Source: Octopus sinensis (taxonomy: Eukaryota). Taken from it: a stretch of DNA of 64,000 nt. The stretch spans positions 50,530,001-50,594,000 of the forward strand of contig NC_043009.1 in the NCBI RefSeq assembly GCF_006345805.1, given 5' to 3'. The number at the start of each line of letters is the position of its first letter. Positions within the stretch are counted from its first letter, which is position 1. Shown here in pieces: positions 24,590 to 37,779 of this stretch. The notes below the pieces were generated by a model that was not told where the DNA came from, ran no database searches, and was given only the letters and a program-made list of their open reading frames with translations. Both the position numbers and the translations under genes were made by a program.

Positions 24590-25080
24590 CAAATTTTGAC
24601 ACAAGGCTAACAATTTTAGGGCAGGGGCTAGTCAATTACAGAGACCCCAATGTTCAACTGGTGCTTATTTTACCGACTCCAAAAGGATGAAAGTTGACCA
24701 TGTCAGAATTTGAACTCAGAACATAAAAACAGACTAAATACCAATAAGCATTTTTGCCCAGCGTGCAAAGGTGCCGTCAAGCAAATCAACATCACTACTA
24801 ACTTTTTGAAGCCTGGTACTTATTCTTTCTGTCTCTTTTCCTACCTTACTCAGTTATGGGGACATAAACAGACCAACACAAGTTGTCAAAGACAATTACA
24901 CACACACACACACACACACACGAGGTGGGATTCCACACAATTTTTATTTACCAAAGTAACTCACAAGATATTGGTTGGACTAGGACTATAATAGAAGACA
25001 CCTGCCCAAGGTGCAATGCAGTGGGACTGAACCTCAAACCATATGGTTGTAAAATAAGCTTCTTAACCACACAGCCACTT
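24590..25080 (-). mobile_element. Adjacent old SINE B2 (~24590-24765) and old SINE A (~24770-25080)
   Basis: Diverged matches AAAAGGATGAAAG..GAATTTGAACTCAGAAC and CCTGCCCAAGGTGCAATGCAGTGGGACTGAAC. Confidence 0.7.
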
Positions 25081-26642
25081 AAAATGAAAATGAATTTGAA
25101 AAAAATATCAAAATTTTTTATGATAAAAAACATTTTATTGACACTAGGTGGCAGAGTGGATGAAGGAGAATAAGTTCAATCCCAATTTGAAAATGACATA
25201 TTATGTATGTCTGACTGAGCAGGAAAAACAAATGCTGACAGTTAACTGAAATTAATGACACAGGTTAATTCAAGATGTTTTAAAACTAAAGAATTAATCA
25301 GAAATGAAGGAAAGTGAATCAAAACAAAACAAATGATCAGGATGAAGATATTCATTCTAAATTATAATTAATAATTCGGAAATAAATTGATGCAAATCAC
25401 ACATTGCAATTTTTAATATTTCTGAATGAACGAAAATTAATGGACTCAAGAATATTGAGGGTCACTAAAGCTAGAAAATAATTTTTCCAGAACTATCCAT
25501 TTTGTATCCAACACTCACCTTTATATTCCAGATAAAAAGTGTATATAAGAAACTGAAAGTCAATAAACTGCTAATAACAAGGCACTTGATTGCAATACCT
25601 AAATGTTGGTATTATATAAAAAAATAAGATTAGATAGAATATGCAAATTTAGAAATTGGTCCAGTTTCACTGATATTAAGCAATTTATAAAACATTAAGA
25701 ACACAGTCAAAGAAAATGAAGATAAAGATTCCTTATATTTCCTGTGAATCTAAGCTTAAATTGTTAATCACCAAATAAGACCTCTTTAACTATCTCAAAA
25801 TGGCAATCAAGTTCACAACATAGATTGATCTCTCCCTCACTTTCAAACAAAATGCAAGTTTACTATTTAAACTAATCACCAAATCAGGAAACTACCAACT
25901 CTTAGAAATGACTTCACTGCCAGTTTTATGCCAGCTTACAAGAAGCAGTTGACTAATGACTTAATAATTTTCTGTCCATAGATGTTTTGTTATTTAGAGA
26001 ATAGTAGTAGATTGTTATTTGTCATGAGGAGTACAGATGTAATCCTCTTTAAGTCACAATGTCTTCTTAACAGATCTCCTAATGGTGCCATTTACGATAC
26101 TGTAGTTTATTCTAAATATATGTTTTGAGTTTTGTTGCTATTTATCAGAGAAATATGGTGGCTAAAGCCAAACAACATTTTTGAAAAAAAAAAAAAAGAG
26201 AATGTTACTGAGACTATTCAAAATATGAATGATATGCATCTATTTCCATAAGCAAATAAAAACACAAAGGGGAAATATATTGTTTCATATATGATTAAAA
26301 GACTGAATAAATACATATGTGTACATACACAAACACCCGAATATATGCGTGAGTATCTTTATTCATATATTTACATATATGCACATATATACTTACATGT
26401 AATATTTACATACATGCACATACGTGTATGAGAGAAAGAGGAAAATAGTTCTTACTAAACCAGCAGCGAATTCGATAAAAATACTAGTAAAGAAAATTAT
26501 AATTAAAATTTGTAATGTGGGTAAACTTTGAAATTTGTTTAAAATTTTCTTCACGGCTACTACCAACCATTATTTCAGATTCTTAGCACTACACACAAAC
26601 ACACACACACACCACACACACACACACACATACACACACACA

Positions 26643-26710
<68 letters not shown>

Positions 26711-28779
26711 ACGAAAAAAAATACAAATGAGATTGTTTTAAAATTAATATTCTTTAAACAGTTTTTGAAAAATAATTTCCACAGAAAATTCTTTTTGCAA
26801 TCTAGTTATTAAAATGTGCATGTGAAACTGGAGCAGGTTTTGAACTTTTTAACCAATCAATTGAATTGTGAAAATGGAAAACTGCCCTTTAAAGTATAAT
26901 ATTTCAATATGATTTCTGTGGAATTTTAAAAACCAAAATCTTTACCAAGTTGATGTATGAATACAGAATGGATATATGGCATTCAAAGTAATATAAATTA
27001 ATAATATTATCTATCAAAATTTTCATTTGAAAAGACGACAAGGGGGAGAAAAAAAAATTGTCTTTTTAAATTGGAATTTTTCAATATAATAGAATTAGGA
27101 TTTTATTTTGTTGCAGTTTTTGTACAGCCATTATATTTACTATGGTAATAAACTAAACATTTGGCAATTTCAGACATATCTAGCTTACAATTCACTCACT
27201 CAATGTAACTTTTATTTTCATGAAAATATTAAAATAATTCTGAGATTGGCATGAAAGTAGCATAAAATATATTTAACAACAATAATAATAAAACTAACAA
27301 TGACAAAAAGAACATTATAATTAAAATAACAGATAGTAACATAACAGCAACAACAACAGCAGCAGTAATAAAAATAATAACAGTAATCTAAAATAACAAA
27401 TAGGTTCTGTGAATTTTCTAATAATATTTCGAAAATGGAGAACAGAAAATAAAAATCTTCTTTTATATTCAGAGTTACTGTTTTACTTATGTATTTAATT
27501 TATGAGTTATTCTTTCAAATAAACAACCATATAACATAAAGGCTTTTCAGAACATACATCTCAGAAATATAAAATCTAGATTTTTTTTTTTATAAACGTA
27601 GAAATCCTTTATTATAAGAAGATGTTAACTATGCATTAAAGCTAGTGATATTTTCCCTTAACTTCAGCAGCGAAGTAATGCACATGGAAAAATTACATTT
27701 ATAAATATTCTAATGACACAGCAATAAACAGAATACTACACAACTAATGTTTGCACTTCTGAAAACAGTAAACAACAGATAAAGAAGGAAATGACAAATA
27801 GCACACAAATGACAGGGGTATCAGCTTGAAGTTGAAGGTTTTATATTCCATCATTGGTTTGAGAGCAAGAGAATTAACTTTCTAAGATCATTTATCTGGA
27901 AATTAAGACATCAATGGCTAACAGACTTGGTGATAGGACATCAATAAATGAAGAAAATAAAGTAGCCAAGAGGATAAATTATTGCACAGTAAATATATGC
28001 ATTTTTTTTCTGACTTAAAATCTGTTGAAAACACTATGTTGTGTTTTGGGAAAGAATTTTATTTTACATTGTTTGCATGCACCAAGCTCTTTGAGGAAAC
28101 AAATTACCATGAAGCATTACCTATGTGGCTGTGGTTAAGACGTTCACTCAGCAGCCATCTGGTTTCATACTCAACTCTACTGCATGGTTTCTTAGGAAAA
28201 CATCTACCATAGCCAAACAAATGTTTATGAATATGTGGTGTCCACTAAATATCATTTCATCACAATATATGGTAGAATTAGAACTTGAAATTGAAATTAA
28301 GTTGCAGAAAACACACATTTGTTTATTTTATTTTGTTTATTTATTTATTTTTTGCTGCTTATTACGAAATTCTCAAAATTTCTAATCAACAATAATGGCA
28401 TATAGCACTATTTCATTCTTGTTTAGAAATCATCAGTACGCTATACCCTAAGAAATACTTATTAAACATTTTATGAAGCAAAACCTTTCTTATAGATGGA
28501 AAATAATTACATCCTGGAAGAAATTTGTGGAATATATGTTCACCAGTTTCTTTCTTTTCTTTTTTGTTTCAGAGAACATTAGTAGTTTAGCAACGAAGAG
28601 AGTTCTGTCTGCTCTCGGTAACCCATAGAGGTAATATCTCCTTGGACTTTTCTACACAAATCTCAATCTGGCAACTATGCTCTTGTAACACCCACCTCCC
28701 CCAGGGGCATAAGCACTACCTAGGATCTCGTTTTTATTGAGATTTTGGCAACAACAAATATGAAATCAAGTAATTTAAT

Positions 28780-29035
28780 ATTTTATTTTATTATTTTATC
28801 TAGTTTCAGCTCACGAGCTGTGGCCCTGCTGGGGCACCGCCATTTGGTGTTGCTACATGATTTTACTTCACGAATGCGTTTTAGCAATTGCCATTTGGTG
28901 CATGAGAGAGTTCGATGCAGCTGCCCTCATCTGCACCTCCTGCCGTGAAGTTGGTTCATCTGGGACACCTGACAGGAAGAGATCCAGTTTTATTTTAAAG
29001 ACATCTGCATCCACCCCATGTAGGTCTCTCAGGTT
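28780..29035 (-). mobile_element. LINE 3' end (CR1-group-like ORF2 C-terminus, short 3' UTR, A-rich tail)
   Basis: Open frame 29035-28868: NLRDLHGVDADVFKIKLDLFLSGVPDEPTSRQEVQMRAAASNSLMHQMAIAKTHS*; the FK..LD.FL..PDEP...RAA.SNSL motif is typical of invertebrate non-LTR ORF2 ends; followed by GGCGGTGCCCCAGCAGGGCCACAGCTCGTGAGCTGAAAC. Confidence 0.8.
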
Positions 29036-29491
29036 AGTATTTTATGCATAAATAGCAGAGATACTAAAGAATAATATGATTTGCGTTTATTACACCACAG
29101 GCCTTGTTTGAAATTCTGTGGAACTAATATTAATCCATTTTACCTATTACATATGTCTTAAAATTGGCCTATTTGTGAAAATAGATTAAAATGATTGCCT
29201 ACAAGGATGGAGATTAGTTCTCAGCACCCAAAATTAGTTGGAAAGCTTGCATAGGCTATTCAACTAATTCTGAAAGAGCATTAAAAATTGTGAAGTTCTT
29301 CTTTAACTCAAAAATTCACATTTAACAGTAAACTGACATTGTTTACAGAGCCATTGACTTTAATTAAATTTGCAACATTCAATCACATTACTAATTTATT
29401 TGGAAGAAAAATTGACATTGCAAATGTTTTTGAATGCTTTAAGATTGAGTCAAGTCTTGAATAGTAAACGTCTACAAATTCATTGACATAC

Positions 29492-29890
29492 GCGCAGGAG
29501 TGGCTGTGTGGTAAGTAGCTTGTTTACCAACCACATGGTTCTGGGTTCAGTCCCACTGCGTGGCACCTTGGGCAAGTGTCTTCTACTATAGCCTCAGGCC
29601 GACCAAAGCCTTGTGAGTGGATTTGGTAGACAGAAACTGAAAGATGCCCGTCGTATATATGTATATATATGTATGTGCGTGTATGTTTGTGTGTCTATGT
29701 TTGTCCCCCTAGCATTGTTTGACAACCGATGCTGGTATGTTTATGTCCCCATCACTTAGCGGTTTGGCAAAAGAGACCGATAGAATAAGTACTGGGCTTA
29801 CAAAAGAATAAGTCCCGGGTCGAGTTGCTCGATTAAAGGCGGTGCTCCAGCATGGCCGCAGTCAAAATGACTGAAACAAGTAAAAAGAGA
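29492..29890 (+). mobile_element. SINE A, full length
   Basis: Matches the other copies. Confidence 0.95.
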
Positions 29891-30087
29891 AAAAAAAATA
29901 CAACGGAGCTGTGGGCCATCAATTGATATTAGTTAACATCTGAGGTGCATGCACATGCATGCCGATATGTGTCTAGGTACCTGCTCTGCTAAATGTATTA
30001 CAAAAAATATTGGTTCAATTCTCTTCTTTTTAATGTTTTTGGCCCTCAAACTCTAACATGTGTGTGTGCACACGCACACACAATATA

Positions 30088-30317
30088 ATTTCTTTACTAC
30101 CCACAAGAGGCTAAACACAGAGAGGACAAACAAGGACAGACAAACGGATTAAGTCGATTACATCGACCCCAGTGCGTAACTGGTACTTAATATATCGACC
30201 CCGAAAGGATGAAAGGCAAAGTCAACCTTGGCGGAATTTGAACTCAGAACGTAACGGCAGACGAAATATGGCTACGCATTTCGCCCGGCATGCTAACGTT
30301 TCTGCCAGCTTGCCGCC
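30088..30317 (-). mobile_element. SINE B1 with 12-bp TSD
   Basis: CACACACAATAT at 30075-30086 and 30323-30334. Confidence 0.92.
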
Positions 30318-31461
30318 TTACACACACACAATATTTGTAGTATTCAGCATTAAAATGATTGTTGAATATTAAGTGAAAAGTTAGGCATAAATATGGAACT
30401 AAGTGCAAGTGTGTGTATGTGTAGCTTTATTGTGTCAATCACACATCATTTTTATTTTACTAATGCCTTCCAACTAGTAGAATAGTTTACCTTTTTCTGT
30501 TTCTTTTATTTATTTAAAGTAAAAATAACACTTTATTGTTCAATGCAAAACATAAGTAGAAAGTTCAAATCAAATTAAAATTTAGTATATTTAGTATACA
30601 TTTCCCATCATCTGTATTAACCTTTAATGTAAAAATAAAATGAAGGTTCAAATCTAATTAAAGTTAACTATTCTATATTAATTTTTTCTCCATTATCTGT
30701 TGATGCACACTTTGATATCTTTACATCTCATCAATACAGCTCATGGACAATTATATGTGTAATATTGATGAATTTTCAATTAAATTAAATTTTCCAAAAT
30801 CATGTATTAAACAGATGTATAGAAGAATTGAAATTATATAGAGAAACAAATATGTCTACCAAGGAAAGTCTACAGTAAATTGGTGAAGTTTTGTTTGGTA
30901 AAGACAGAACCTCAACATCTATAGTGTCGTAGAATTATTTTACTATGTAACCTGTTCCCATCTTCAAGTGAAAATCTGTTTATAGTCAGAAATTAACTTT
31001 CTTGGTGAAAAACATTTATATATTTCATGACAGGTTGACTCAGTTCTACATTACATTATTACATTTCTTTGAAATTCTTTCTACTCTGATTCCGTATATC
31101 TAATGATGTGGACATTTTCTAAGCCAATGAAACTAAGCAATGTGGAGTAAATTAACCTGTTATTAAATAAATACATCTCCAACTAAATGTGTTAAGTGTA
31201 ACTCTTTCATTTGTTCACACATACACACAAAATTGTCTGGTTAGCTGCATTTGGGTGTGCATTGAATACAAATGAATAAATACTTAAACATATATCAATT
31301 TCTTCTGCAGAATTAACATAACCTCAAGGGCTGACAATTGATTAAGATCTTTCTGGACGCTTTCTACTCTATAAACAAGAATCTGACAAATATGAAAATT
31401 CTTCACACCAAAATTTAGCACCTTATCTGTAAAACATGCACACACATACATGCATATGTGT

Positions 31462-31494
<33 letters not shown>

Positions 31495-31501
31495 CAATAT
31501 A

Positions 31502-31731
31502 ATTTCTTTACTACCCACAAGAGGCTAAACACAGAGAGGACAAACAAGGACAGACAAACGGATTAAGTCGATTACATCGACCCCAGTGCGTAACTGGTAC
31601 TTAATATATCGACCCCGAAAGGATGAAAGGCAAAGTCAACCTTGGCGGAATTTGAACTCAGAACGTAACGGCAGACGAAATATGGCTACGCATTTCGCCC
31701 GGCATGCTAACGTTTCTGCCAGCTTGCCGCC
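31502..31731 (-). mobile_element. SINE B1 (duplicate of 30088-30317)
   Basis: Identical copy inside the tandem duplication. Confidence 0.92.
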
Positions 31732-34700
31732 TTACACACACACAATATTTGTAGTATTCAGCATTAAAATGATTGTTGAATATTAAGTGAAAAGTTAGGC
31801 ATAAATATGGAACTAAGTGCAAGTGTGTGTATGTGTAGCTTTATTGTGTCAATCACACATCGTTTTTATTTTACTAATGCCTTCCAACTAGTAGAATAGT
31901 TTACCTTTTTCTGTTTCTTTTATTCATTTAAAGTAAAAATAACACTTTATTGTTCAATGCAAAACATAAGTAGAAAGTTCAAATCAAATTAAAATTTAGT
32001 ATATTTAGTATACATTTCCCATCATCTGTATTAACCTTTAATGTAAAAATAAAATGAAGGTTCAAATCTAATTAAAGTTAACTATTCTATATTAATTTTT
32101 TCTCCATTATCTGTTGATGCACACTTTGATATCTTTACATCTCATCAATACAGCTCATGGACAATTATATGTGTAATATTGAGGAATTTTCAATTAGATT
32201 AAATTTTCCAAAATCATGTATTAAACAGATGTATAGAAGAATTGAAATTATATAGAGAAACAAATATGTCTACCAAGGAAAGTCTACAGTAAATTGGTGA
32301 AGTTTTGTTTGGTAAAGACAGAACCTCAACATCTATAGTGTCGTAGAATTATTTTACTATGTAACCTGTTCCCATCTTCAAGTGAAAATCTGTTTATAGT
32401 CAGAAATTAACTTTCTTGGTGAAAAACATTTATATATTTCATGACAGGTTGACTCAGTTCTACATTACATTATTACATTTCTTTGAAATTCTTTCTACTC
32501 TGATTCCGTATATCTAATGATGTGGACATTTTCTAAGCCAATGAAACTAAGCAATGTGGAGTAAATTAACCTGTTATTAAATAAATACATCTCCAACTAA
32601 ATGTGTTAAGTGTAACTCTTTCATTTGTTCACACATACACACAAAATTGTCTGGTTAGCTGCATTTGGGTGTGCATTGAATACAAATGAATAAATACTTA
32701 AACATATATCAATTTCTTCTGCAGAATTAACATAACCTCAAGGGCTGACAATTGATTAAGATCTTTCTGGACGCTTTCTACTCTATTAAACAAGAATCTG
32801 ACAAATATGAAAATTCTTCACACCAAAATTTAGCACCTTATCTGTAAAACATGCACACACATACATGCATATGCGTACACACACACACACACACACGCAC
32901 ACACACAAAACCTCTTCTTCCTTTCTTTCTTGTTATCTCTCTCTGGTTGACCAGTTTCACAACCAACCACTTACAAAACCAACAATCCGAGTTGGACAAG
33001 TAATCTTTCTTGAATATTCCTGAATGGGCAGGTGATGCCAGTCAGGTGTACTAATCAGAGATGCTCTTGATAAGTGGATTAAGAAGCTTAGAGAAATGGG
33101 TAGTGGGTTGCTAGAATGCAAAAGTCTTCCAGCTTAGCTCCTATTGGACCCTGAGAGAACAGCATTAGGAAATCAAAACTGGCAGCACACAATTTTGCCA
33201 ACATTTTTAAGAACTAGAAAAATAAACAAATATATGCACAAGAAAATTAACTGTCACTTTTTCTTTTCCCCAGCACCCTTCATGGAAAGAGACAGAATTA
33301 TAGTGAGAATATGGTATAGTGCAACATTTTTTTTTTTACACATTTTGTAATCCAATCAGTTGTAACAAGTGACAGCATAAAATTAATTATTCAAAAATGC
33401 AACAATTACCATTTGTTAAATTCTGTCTTGCTAATAGAATTTCACAGTTGCATAGCAACAGAAAGAGAAACAACCATTCTTTAAAATATATTTATGTGTG
33501 TTTGTTTTTCTGTGAATGAGTGAGTGTCTGTGCGTTTCAGTAAAAAGTTGCATAGATATTAAAACACAAACAGAAAAAAGATGCGTTTGTATGTATGTGC
33601 ATGCATGTGTGTGCGTGCGCACGTGAACGCGTGCATGTGTGCATACGTGCTTGCACACATGTGTGCTCTCTCTCTCTCGCACACAATTTTCTGTTGTTGA
33701 CTATTATGAAAACACAGCCGTCTTACTCTATATTCTTCAACCAGTAATCAATTTACCTGGGAACTAAAAACGTTTCTTCTGTGACCAATGTGTTTGTTCT
33801 ATTTGTTTATTTTTGCATGTGTTTCTGATAATGTTTTCACATGCCAACAAATGAAATTTTGTTTTAGACTACTAACAAAACAGATACAGCCACAATGCTC
33901 ATGTAAATGTGCACACACACACACACACACACGCGCGTGTGTGTGTAACTTGATAAGTATCACAATGACAAAATTAGTTAATAAAATATATCTGTTGAGA
34001 CCTTGAGACTATTCAGTTGTTATTCCAAGTAAAGTTACAAAGAAATTTAATCCTTTAGAAATGAGTACTTAGTGCTCTATGTTTGGGGCAATGTACAGAA
34101 AAATGGCGCAAAAATCTATTTGAAAGTCGAACAACATCACTTTACCTGTTGATAGGCATAGAATAAGAAAACAAAATAATGAAATTAAAGATGAAATAAG
34201 AACCAAATCTGTGCAATATTTATATATGTTAACCAGTTCCTATCATTGTCTTCTAAAATGCAAATATTTTCTATCAAGAGTTCACTTAGTTCTTATTCAG
34301 AGATTTTTCTGCTAATATTTACCACCAGCAACACCACAAAAATAATGGTTTACAATCTTTTCTCCACTCATCTTCCAGTTTTCAGCCAACAGCTAAGCAA
34401 TTCATTATAAAAATAGGGAGAAATGAGCCACCTGGTTTAGTGATGCCAACCCCCTTATTAAGTTGCAGATAACATTTTTTTAATCCAAGACAAAGAGTTC
34501 CAGTTTGCTGTGAAGACTAATCAAGGCTATCTCTTGAGAGTACATGGCAAACCGCACATGAAAGAAATACCAAGTAATTAGCAAAAATCAACTGATAGGG
34601 TCAACCGTTTAGAACAAGAGTAAGGGTATATAAGATTTCAAGTGCCCTCTTAGATAATGGCAAAAGAAGCAAAATCAAAACAAAAAGGAAAAAAAAAGAA

Positions 34701-35376
34701 CCGAACATATGTTGGCCATCAGGCAGCAGTTCTGAGAACCATAAATTGAAACTAGTAATAAATATATAAATAAATATTACAAGAGAACAGTTCTGGTTCT
34801 CTTTATTATTTATTAGCAGTTCTTGGCTATATTCCACAATTACCTTCCATTATCATCTCCTCATTAATTTAACAGTATTTCCATACGGGTATTGATTAGT
34901 TTCAACACTGTGATCGAAAGAACAATATATAACCTCAACCAACAGATGACTAGCAAGTTAAAGCTTCAGTGCTTTCGGGCAATGAACTCTAAAAGAAATC
35001 TAAAATAAACTAATAACCAAGGAGTAAATCTGTGACATTCATATGAAATATTAACCCTTTTTAACTACTTTCTTTTTTTATAATAATAACAAAAATAATT
35101 AGCTTAGGTTTTACAAGGTAAACTAGGTAGAACTTTAAACAATATAAGATGGTGAAATCATGTGACACTTTCTTATTGAGAAGTTTATGCCAAATTTTAC
35201 TTTTAATATATAACCACTACTATAGCACAACTAATTACGTATAACCTACATATAATCTACATATAATCTACCATATAGTCTACATATTTACATATAATCT
35301 ACCATATCAATGAAATGCTGAGTTGTATTTGAGTGAATCTATTACATGCCCACCTTGGGGCTGAAAGAGTGTTAGT

Positions 35377-35767
35377 TACTCTTTTACCTGTTTCAGTAAT
35401 TTGACTGCAGCCATGCTGAAGCACCGCCTTTAGTCGAGCAAATCAACACCAGGACTTATTCTTTGTAAGCCTAGTACTTATTCTATCGGTCTCTTTTGTC
35501 GAACTGCTAAGTTACGGGGATGTTAACATACCAGCATCGGTTGTCAAGCGATGCTGGGGGGGGGGGAACAAACACAGATACACACATACACACACACACA
35601 CATATATATACATATATACGATGGGTTTCTTTCAGTTTCCGTCTACCAAATCCACTCACAAGGCTTTGGTTGCCCCGAGGCTATAGCAGAAGACCCTTGC
35701 CTAAGACTGAACCCAGAACCATGTGGTTGGTAAGCAAGCTTCTTACCACACAGCCACTCCTGTGCCT
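35377..35767 (-). mobile_element. SINE A with small internal deletion
   Basis: Matches the other copies; short deletion near 35703. Confidence 0.9.
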
Positions 35768-37779
35768 ATAAAATCTATGGAACAGGAGAATTAAAAAAAA
35801 CTAAAATTAAAAGGCTGCTTAGATATACAAAGGACAGTTCCCAACCTAGTCCTTAGCACTATACAAATACTACCTTCAAACATCCAGAGCTCTACTACAA
35901 GATCTTAAAAGCACTATCTTACCCACTTAATTAAAAAATCTAAAAATACCACTCATGCACACATAGAAATATCTGCAGCGTTCTATAGCCTCACTAACCC
36001 CAAATACTATCTTGATATGCATACCACCAACTATAAATGCCAAAGAACAGTCAGCCAAGACCATCTTACCAGCCTCTTCTACTGTGACCACTAACATGAT
36101 CAGATACTCTTACAGTGTTGGGACATATTAGAAATGCTCACATCACAGATCTACAGAACCAATACTATAACTGTCATGTCAAAGTAGTCTACAATAGGAT
36201 TGAATTAAACAAACACATTTAAATCTATAGCAAAATGATAACTTTCTAACTCCAAATTTTACCATACAGTCTGAAAATTTAAATAATCAGAGTGTTTAAA
36301 TAACTCTACAAACAATACAAATTCTCACCAACTTCAATAAAGCAAAGAGGAGAAACTTTTCTTTCCTTTTTTTTCTTTATCTTAGTGTCTGTTAAATACA
36401 TTCAAAAATATTTGCTAATTAACTGCTTAGAAATTTCCAATGATAAATATTGTTTTAGAAAGTTCAGTTCATTTCTGGCTGAATTTTATGTGAAAATTAT
36501 TTTGATCTAAACAAATATTAAAACAAACTATGATCATTAATTTACATTTCAGACTGAAAAATATTAAGACAACAACAAAATAATAAACCTATTGCAAAAT
36601 AAAAGCTTTGACTTTGAACTGAGGCAAAAACAGCCTTGACCCTTCTTTCTTAGCTGACTCCAGTATCTAACTGGTATCCTGGAAGGATAAAACTTCAGCT
36701 TTGGCTAAACAAAATCCACTGAAGCTAGAATACTTACCATGGGTGCAAATAACAGTATCAGAGGTGATGCTAGTTGCAACAGTGGGATGTTGAACTACTA
36801 GCCAATGTTGCAGAGTATTTAAAAGAAAAACTGTTAAGCATAATAATCAGAAGCTTCACTATAAAACTGTTAGATATTTCATTGATCTATAATACTGAGT
36901 TCAATTCTTCTCATGGAGTATAAGCTGAGAAAGTATCTAATTTTCACAGCAACTTGCTCAAGGTATAGCGCACATAAAAAATTGTCTTTAGTTGTACCTC
37001 TGTAATCCAATGGAATTATGACAAAACACCAAATAAAGAGATAATATATTTTTACAAAATGTAGAATATGTCAGCTCTTGCCTTGGTATATATAATATGA
37101 CACTCAATCTACACCAGATATGACAGTGATAACCGTGCACCAATACATAGCAAGAATGTCAAAGAATAAAAAAAATAAGTTCAGGATTATACAAAAAAAA
37201 GAAAAAAAGCTGTTGGAAATAAGTTAAAAGTGCAACTTGCTCAGCAACAACTAATTTATATTGACATATTTTAATGTTGTTTTCTTTGGGAGATACTGAT
37301 ATAACTCATCACCTTTTCAACAATACTTCAAAATGGCAGATATCCGCAATACAAAAATAAACTCAAGTAAATTAGAGAACTTAATTATCTAACATAAAAG
37401 TTCTAAAGGAAAATAAAATAAAATGTAGCAAATTATAAAAACTAGAATGAACAAAAGTCAGGAAAATCTGATAACAGTGTTACAAAGTAATAATACAAAG
37501 TACTAGAATAATATGAAGTAAAGAACTGCAATATTTTAAACTCGACTAAATTTAATTACAATAAGGGCAACACCTATACTTGAGGCTCATGGCACTTTTG
37601 AAAACTTCGTATTTATTTATTTTCTTAAAATGTGAAGTCAGAAATTCTTATTGTTATTGACAATGAAGTTCTGAACATGCCATATCAATAGTATGATTGT
37701 GAACTTGTGACTGTAAAAGAGCATTCATTTTAGAGAATATACTCGACATTTCAGGTCTCAGACCAGAATTGTGGCTAGT

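Larger units (their letters stand above)
30069..32905. repeat. 1414-bp near-perfect tandem duplication
   Basis: Identical ORFs at 30172 and 31586 (offset 1414); about 6 differences seen by eye; junctions lie in CACACGCACACACA tracts. Confidence 0.95.
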
